DNA of 47,803 nt, from NCBI GenBank assembly GCA_964643605.1, contig CAZXTF010000002.1:11282-59084 (forward strand), written 5' to 3'. Position 1 is the first letter of the stretch, and every line of letters begins with the position of its first letter. The notes under the pieces were generated by a model. That model searched no databases. It worked only from the letters and a program-made list of their open reading frames with translations, and was not told where the DNA came from. The translations under genes were made by a program, and so were the position numbers. The DNA comes from an uncultured Candidatus Saccharibacteria bacterium. GTDB lineage: Bacteria; Patescibacteriota; Saccharimonadia; Saccharimonadales; 2-12-FULL-41-12. Positions 44,224 through 47,803 of this stretch are shown here, one piece after another.

Positions 44224-44250
44224 TTGGCACTCATTATACTAGAGTGCTAA
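44224..44250. promoter_or_regulatory. CIRCE operator (HrcA binding site)
   Basis: The minus strand reads TTAGCACTC-N9-GAGTGCCAA. This matches the consensus TTAGCACTC-N9-GAGTGCTAA with one mismatch. Confidence 0.85.
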
Positions 44251-44260
44251 TTCAAGTCAA
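44233..44260 (-). promoter_or_regulatory. groES-groEL promoter (TTGACT-16-TATAAT) interlocked with CIRCE
   Basis: On the minus strand, -35 = 44255-44260. The -10 TATAAT (44233-44238) lies inside the 9-nt CIRCE spacer. Confidence 0.7.
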
Positions 44261-44261
44261 T

Positions 44262-45545
44262 TTACTTTTTTAATAATTCTCGAGCAACTGCTTGGTCGCT
44301 CCACGGAATCTGCTTGCCACCCATATTACGACTGTCTTCGTGACCAATGCCTGCTAGCAACACACTGTCTCCCGCCTTAGCATCCTTAAAAGCTGTTTCT
44401 ATTGCTTCTTCCCTATCAGCGATTACTTTTGTTTTTTTCTCAGCTCCTGCTTCTTTAATTCCCGCAAATACCGCCTCTCTGATTGTGTCTGGGTCTTCAG
44501 TGTATGTTTCGTCATCTGTCAGATAAATTGCATCTGCATACGCTGCTGCAGCCTTGCCCATCAGAGGTCGTTTGCCCTTATCACGATCGCCCGTAGCGCC
44601 AAACACGATCCGCACCTTCCCTTTAGTCGTTTCTTGAAGTGCCTGTAGAGCCTTCTCCAGCGCATCCGGCGTGTAGGCAAAATCTACCAGCACATTAAAC
44701 TTCTGACCTTCACTTATCGCCTCCATACGCCCTGGCACTGCTTGTAAACTCTCGATTCCTTTTACTATGACCTTCGGGTCAATGTACAGCGCCATACCAA
44801 CGCTAGCGGCAGCCAAAGCGTTATATACGTTAAAGGCACCTTGCAAATGCGTATAAAAGCTATGTTCCCTACCTTTGTACTCGAACGTAGCTTTTGAGCC
44901 CTTAGCATCCGAATTTTGTTTTTTCAGATGCACCGCCGCATTACCCTCTTTGCCATAGCTCATCACTGTACCTGTTGTGCGATCATGGAAGAACGGATAC
45001 CATTCGTCATCAGCATTCAGCACCGCAAATTTAGGGTCAAAATAGCCGCCAAACAAGAGTGATTTCACTCGAGCATATTCTTCCATCGTTCCGTGATAAT
45101 CTAGGTGATCTTGAGTCAGATTCGTCATCACTGCAATCTCAACTGGCACACCTATGATCCGGTGCTGATCAATCGCATGGCTGGTTACTTCCAGTACCAC
45201 CCAGTCCACGTCTGCCTTTCGGGCACGAGCAAAAAACTGCTGCACCAAAGACTGTTTTACTAGCGTAAAGTGTGTCCGGTTGGGCTCAACCTCCCCTGCT
45301 ATTTCAATGAGTGCCGTCGTAAAAACAGCCGTTTTAAAGCCCGCTGCTTTTAGCACTTCATTGATGTAGCTGCTCGTAGTAGTTTTGCCGTTGGTGCCGG
45401 TTACGGCAATAACGTGCATACCACGAGCCGGAAAACCATACCGAACCTGCCAGAACAAGCCTCGCAGCATACGAAAAGCTTGCTCTACCCCTCTCAGGAA
45501 CTTCTGGGGTACTAATTTTCGAATAATTTTCTTAACGGAATCCAT
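44262..45545 (-). CDS. murE: Mur ligase family protein, MurE-like
   Basis: Motifs VTGTNGKTTT, LEVTSHAI, TNLTQDHLDYHG, PGRMEAI, DFAYTPDAL, GATGDRDKGKRP and GIGHE. Start MDSVKK at 45545; the track extension is rejected. The N-terminal domain is short, and the DNPR position reads DDET. Confidence 0.7.
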   Translation of the reverse strand: MDSVKKIIRKLVPQKFLRGVEQAFRMLRGLFWQVRYGFPARGMHVIAVTGTNGKTTTSSYINEVLKAAGFKTAVFTTALIEIAGEVEPNRTHFTLVKQSLVQQFFARARKADVDWVVLEVTSHAIDQHRIIGVPVEIAVMTNLTQDHLDYHGTMEEYARVKSLLFGGYFDPKFAVLNADDEWYPFFHDRTTGTVMSYGKEGNAAVHLKKQNSDAKGSKATFEYKGREHSFYTHLQGAFNVYNALAAASVGMALYIDPKVIVKGIESLQAVPGRMEAISEGQKFNVLVDFAYTPDALEKALQALQETTKGKVRIVFGATGDRDKGKRPLMGKAAAAYADAIYLTDDETYTEDPDTIREAVFAGIKEAGAEKKTKVIADREEAIETAFKDAKAGDSVLLAGIGHEDSRNMGGKQIPWSDQAVARELLKK

Positions 45546-45551
45546 CCCCGT

Positions 45552-45558
45552 TATAATA
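45552..45558. promoter_or_regulatory. overlapping divergent -10 boxes in the 21-nt murE/tsaD gap
   Basis: Plus-strand TATAAT (45552-45557) lies 9 nt before the tsaD ATG. Minus-strand TATTAT (45553-45558) lies 7 nt before the murE ATG. Neither gene has an SD. Confidence 0.4.
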
Positions 45559-45566
45559 CCAGTGTT

Positions 45567-46679
45567 ATGAAGATTCTTGGAATTGAGTCGAGTTGCGATG
45601 AAACTGCTGCTGCAATTGTAGAAGATGGTACTTCCCTGCTGTCCAATGTTGTGGCCACTTCGCTTGATCTGCATGCGCAGTTTGGCGGTGTTGTCCCGGA
45701 AATCGCTGCCCGCAGCCATATCGAGTCAATCACCCCTGTTATCGAACAAGCTTTTCAGCAAGCCGGATGCGACTGGCCGGATATTGACGCTATCGCTGTT
45801 ACCAAAGGTGCTGGCCTGGGTGGCAGCCTGCTCGTAGGTGTTCTGGCTGCTCGAACTTTGGCGATTCTTAAAAACAAACCGCTCTATGGGATCAACCACG
45901 TACAGGCCCACGTAGCGGCAGCCTTTTTGCAGAAAGAGGATCATATTCGAAGTTCCGAAGCATCCGCAGCCCGACACCAAAAGGGCGAGGACTCTGCTGG
46001 AGGCACAATGAATATGGTGACCCCTACCTTTCCTCTGTTAGCACTGATTGTCAGCGGCGGACACTCACAACTAGTGTTGTTTAGAAGTTTTTATGATTAC
46101 GAAATACTCGGCAGAACCCGAGATGATGCCGTAGGTGAAGCCTTTGATAAGGTTGCGAAAATTCTCGGCCTTCCCTATCCTGGCGGCCCGAGCATTAGCA
46201 AAGCTGCGCTAGATGGCGATGCCAAAAAATACGCCTTTCCAAAGTCGAGATTAGCCAATCCGTATGACTTTTCGTTTTCTGGGCTCAAAACTGCCGTCCT
46301 GCGTGCTGCTCAGGCAGAGATAGGTGCAGACTACAGCTTCCCTTCTCATCAGCTCACACAGCACCTCAGCGAGGGCCAAAAAGCCGACTTTGCGGCCAGT
46401 TTTCAGCATATTGCTGTAGAAACACTGGTAGATAAGCTCGTTTTAGCTACAAGAGAATACTCCCCTGCCTCTATAGTTATCGCTGGCGGTGTAGCTGCTA
46501 ATCAAGAGCTCCGCAAAGTCGCCGAAGGACGATTGCCACTTCCAGTTATGTACCCAGATTTTAAACTGTGCACCGATAACGGCGCCATGATTGCCGCTGC
46601 TGGCCACTTTGCCCACCAGGCTAAAAAAGCAACAGAAGACCCGTATTCTCTTGAGGTCGCCCCTCAGTTAAGCATGTAA
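45567..46679 (+). CDS. tsaD: tRNA N6-adenosine threonylcarbamoyltransferase TsaD
   Basis: MKILGIESSCDETAAAIV start, an HxxxH metal site (NHVQAH), and GGVAANQELR. It carries a ~35-aa insertion after the metal site. Confidence 0.93.
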   Translation: MKILGIESSCDETAAAIVEDGTSLLSNVVATSLDLHAQFGGVVPEIAARSHIESITPVIEQAFQQAGCDWPDIDAIAVTKGAGLGGSLLVGVLAARTLAILKNKPLYGINHVQAHVAAAFLQKEDHIRSSEASAARHQKGEDSAGGTMNMVTPTFPLLALIVSGGHSQLVLFRSFYDYEILGRTRDDAVGEAFDKVAKILGLPYPGGPSISKAALDGDAKKYAFPKSRLANPYDFSFSGLKTAVLRAAQAEIGADYSFPSHQLTQHLSEGQKADFAASFQHIAVETLVDKLVLATREYSPASIVIAGGVAANQELRKVAEGRLPLPVMYPDFKLCTDNGAMIAAAGHFAHQAKKATEDPYSLEVAPQLSM

Positions 46680-46691
46680 TTTCACGTGAAA
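46680..46691. other. perfect 12-nt palindrome TTTCACGTGAAA
   Basis: Directly follows the tsaD stop codon and lies about 35 nt upstream of the valS -10. Confidence 0.5.
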
Positions 46692-46725
46692 ATATCGAGC
46701 TTGGTTTTGGGAGCTATAACAGAGG

Positions 46726-46734
46726 TGATATACT
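46726..46734 (+). promoter_or_regulatory. extended -10 (TGATATACT) for valS
   Basis: At 46726-46734, 13 nt upstream of the ATG at 46748. No SD. Confidence 0.4.
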
Positions 46735-46747
46735 TTGAGATATCGTT

Positions 46748-47803
46748 ATGAAGTTGAATAAGACATACGAGCCGAATCAGTATGAGGAAGAGGTGTACCA
46801 GCTGTGGGAGCAAAGCAACGCTTTTGCGCCCGAAAAGCGGGGAAGTAGCGACTATTTTTCTATCGTTATGCCGCCACCAAATGCCAATGCCAACTTACAT
46901 ATTGGTTATGAGCTCACTGCAGCACTCGAAGATATTACAGCCAGATATCACCGCATGACAGGGAAGGCAACCTTGCTGTTGCCTGGTGCAGACCATGCTG
47001 GCTTTGAGACACAGTCTGTCTACGAAAAGCACCTAGCCAAAGAGGGGAAGAGTCGCTTTGACTTTGACAGGGAAGAACTCTACAAACAAATTTGGGATTT
47101 TGTGGCCCTAAACAGAGGTAATTTTGAGAAACAAATCCGGGCCATGGGCGTGAGCGCCGACTGGAGTCGTTACACGTTTACCCTTGATGAAAAGATTGTT
47201 TCCCAAGCTTACAACACCTTTAAGAAAATGTGGGATGAAGGGCTTATTTATAGAGGCGAGAGATTGGTAAACTACTGTACGTCCCATGGAACTGGGTTTG
47301 CTGATATCGAAGTAGCGTACGAGGAGGTAAAAGGTCACATTTGGAGCATTCGCTACCCTCTCACCGATGGTAGTGGGGAAGTGGTGGTGGCTACAACCCG
47401 GCCAGAAACTATGCTCGGTGACGTAGCTGTGGCTGTACACCCTGAAGACAAGCGCTATAAAGAGTTGGTAGGAAAAACCGTTAGATTGCCTTTGACTGAA
47501 AGAGAGATTCCAATTCTAACAGATGACTTTGTCGACAAAGAGTTTGGTACAGGCGCCGTAAAGATTACCCCAGCTCACGACCCCAATGACTTCGAAGTAG
47601 GACAGCGCCATGATTTAGCCCAAATAACGGTAATCGGCCATGACGGAAAGATAAACCACCATGTACCAAAAGCGTATCAGAGATTAACTGTAAAAGAAGC
47701 CCGGGATGCCGTAGTAAAAGACCTCAAAGAGCAAGGATATTTGGTAGAAGTAAAAGATCATGTTCATAACGTGGGCCACTGTTATAAATGTGGCACCGTT
47801 ATT
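46748..47803 (+). CDS. valS: valine--tRNA ligase, N-terminal 352 codons (continues past window end)
   Basis: MKLNKTYEPNQYEEEVYQLWE..., PPPNANANLHIGY (HIGH) and TRPETMLGDVAVAVHP. The frame is open to the last base. It is absent from the ORF track because it has no stop. Confidence 0.93.
   Translation, partial: MKLNKTYEPNQYEEEVYQLWEQSNAFAPEKRGSSDYFSIVMPPPNANANLHIGYELTAALEDITARYHRMTGKATLLLPGADHAGFETQSVYEKHLAKEGKSRFDFDREELYKQIWDFVALNRGNFEKQIRAMGVSADWSRYTFTLDEKIVSQAYNTFKKMWDEGLIYRGERLVNYCTSHGTGFADIEVAYEEVKGHIWSIRYPLTDGSGEVVVATTRPETMLGDVAVAVHPEDKRYKELVGKTVRLPLTEREIPILTDDFVDKEFGTGAVKITPAHDPNDFEVGQRHDLAQITVIGHDGKINHHVPKAYQRLTVKEARDAVVKDLKEQGYLVEVKDHVHNVGHCYKCGTVI

Noticed and set aside
1-47803. I looked for CRISPR arrays, rRNA or tRNA genes, transposases, integrases, reverse transcriptases and phage structural genes.
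   Set aside because: There is no regularly spaced direct-repeat array. No intergenic region contains a tRNA-like cloverleaf or a GTTCRA T-loop. None of the ORF translations shows DDE, tyrosine- or serine-recombinase, or RT (YxDD) motifs. Absence is judged by eye only.

Overview
This is a very compact 47.8-kb bacterial chromosomal segment, almost entirely coding. Many gene ends overlap and several convergent gene pairs leave no room for a terminator.

Most of the window is housekeeping:
- Translation and RNA: ychF, an rpsF-ssb-rpsR-efp-tlyA block, the nrnA-like-truB-rpsO-pnp cluster, RNase J, rpsT, argS, tsaD, and the valS 5' part.
- Replication and repair: ftsK, a family-4 UDG, holA, fpg, polA, and the dnaG-rpoD pair.
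- Other: groES-groEL behind a CIRCE operator, a murE-like ligase, orn, mscL, an ABC-2 exporter pair, a PGI/PMI isomerase, a Nudix hydrolase, and a polyprenyl synthase.

The small cell-envelope repertoire, the many orphan acidic or disordered proteins, and the degenerate cofactor sites suggest a reduced Patescibacteria/CPR (Saccharibacteria-like) genome. This is an inference only. I recognised no rRNA, tRNA, CRISPR array, transposase or integrase.

The parts most worth a second look:
1. The left ~3.3 kb looks like an accessory islet. It holds an AT-rich stand-alone PD-(D/E)xK (CdiA-CT-like) nuclease, an inverted PIN/RHH toxin-antitoxin pair, a VOC gene and a DUF1761 gene. These are separated by three same-orientation copies of a G-tract/ATTTAT element. 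The DUF1761 gene is bracketed by a 22-nt duplication of the VOC 3' end whose three mismatches are all synonymous.
2. Three unusually long non-coding gaps in this compact genome contain strongly structured elements: 4466-4601, 9811-9953 and 14069-14146.
3. A consensus promoter is embedded in the groES CIRCE and is followed by a ~225-nt leader.
4. Conserved metal or active-site ligands are missing in DnaG (Zn), UDG4 (Fe-S) and a DHH-family protein.

All product calls come from motif recognition by eye. No database search was run.
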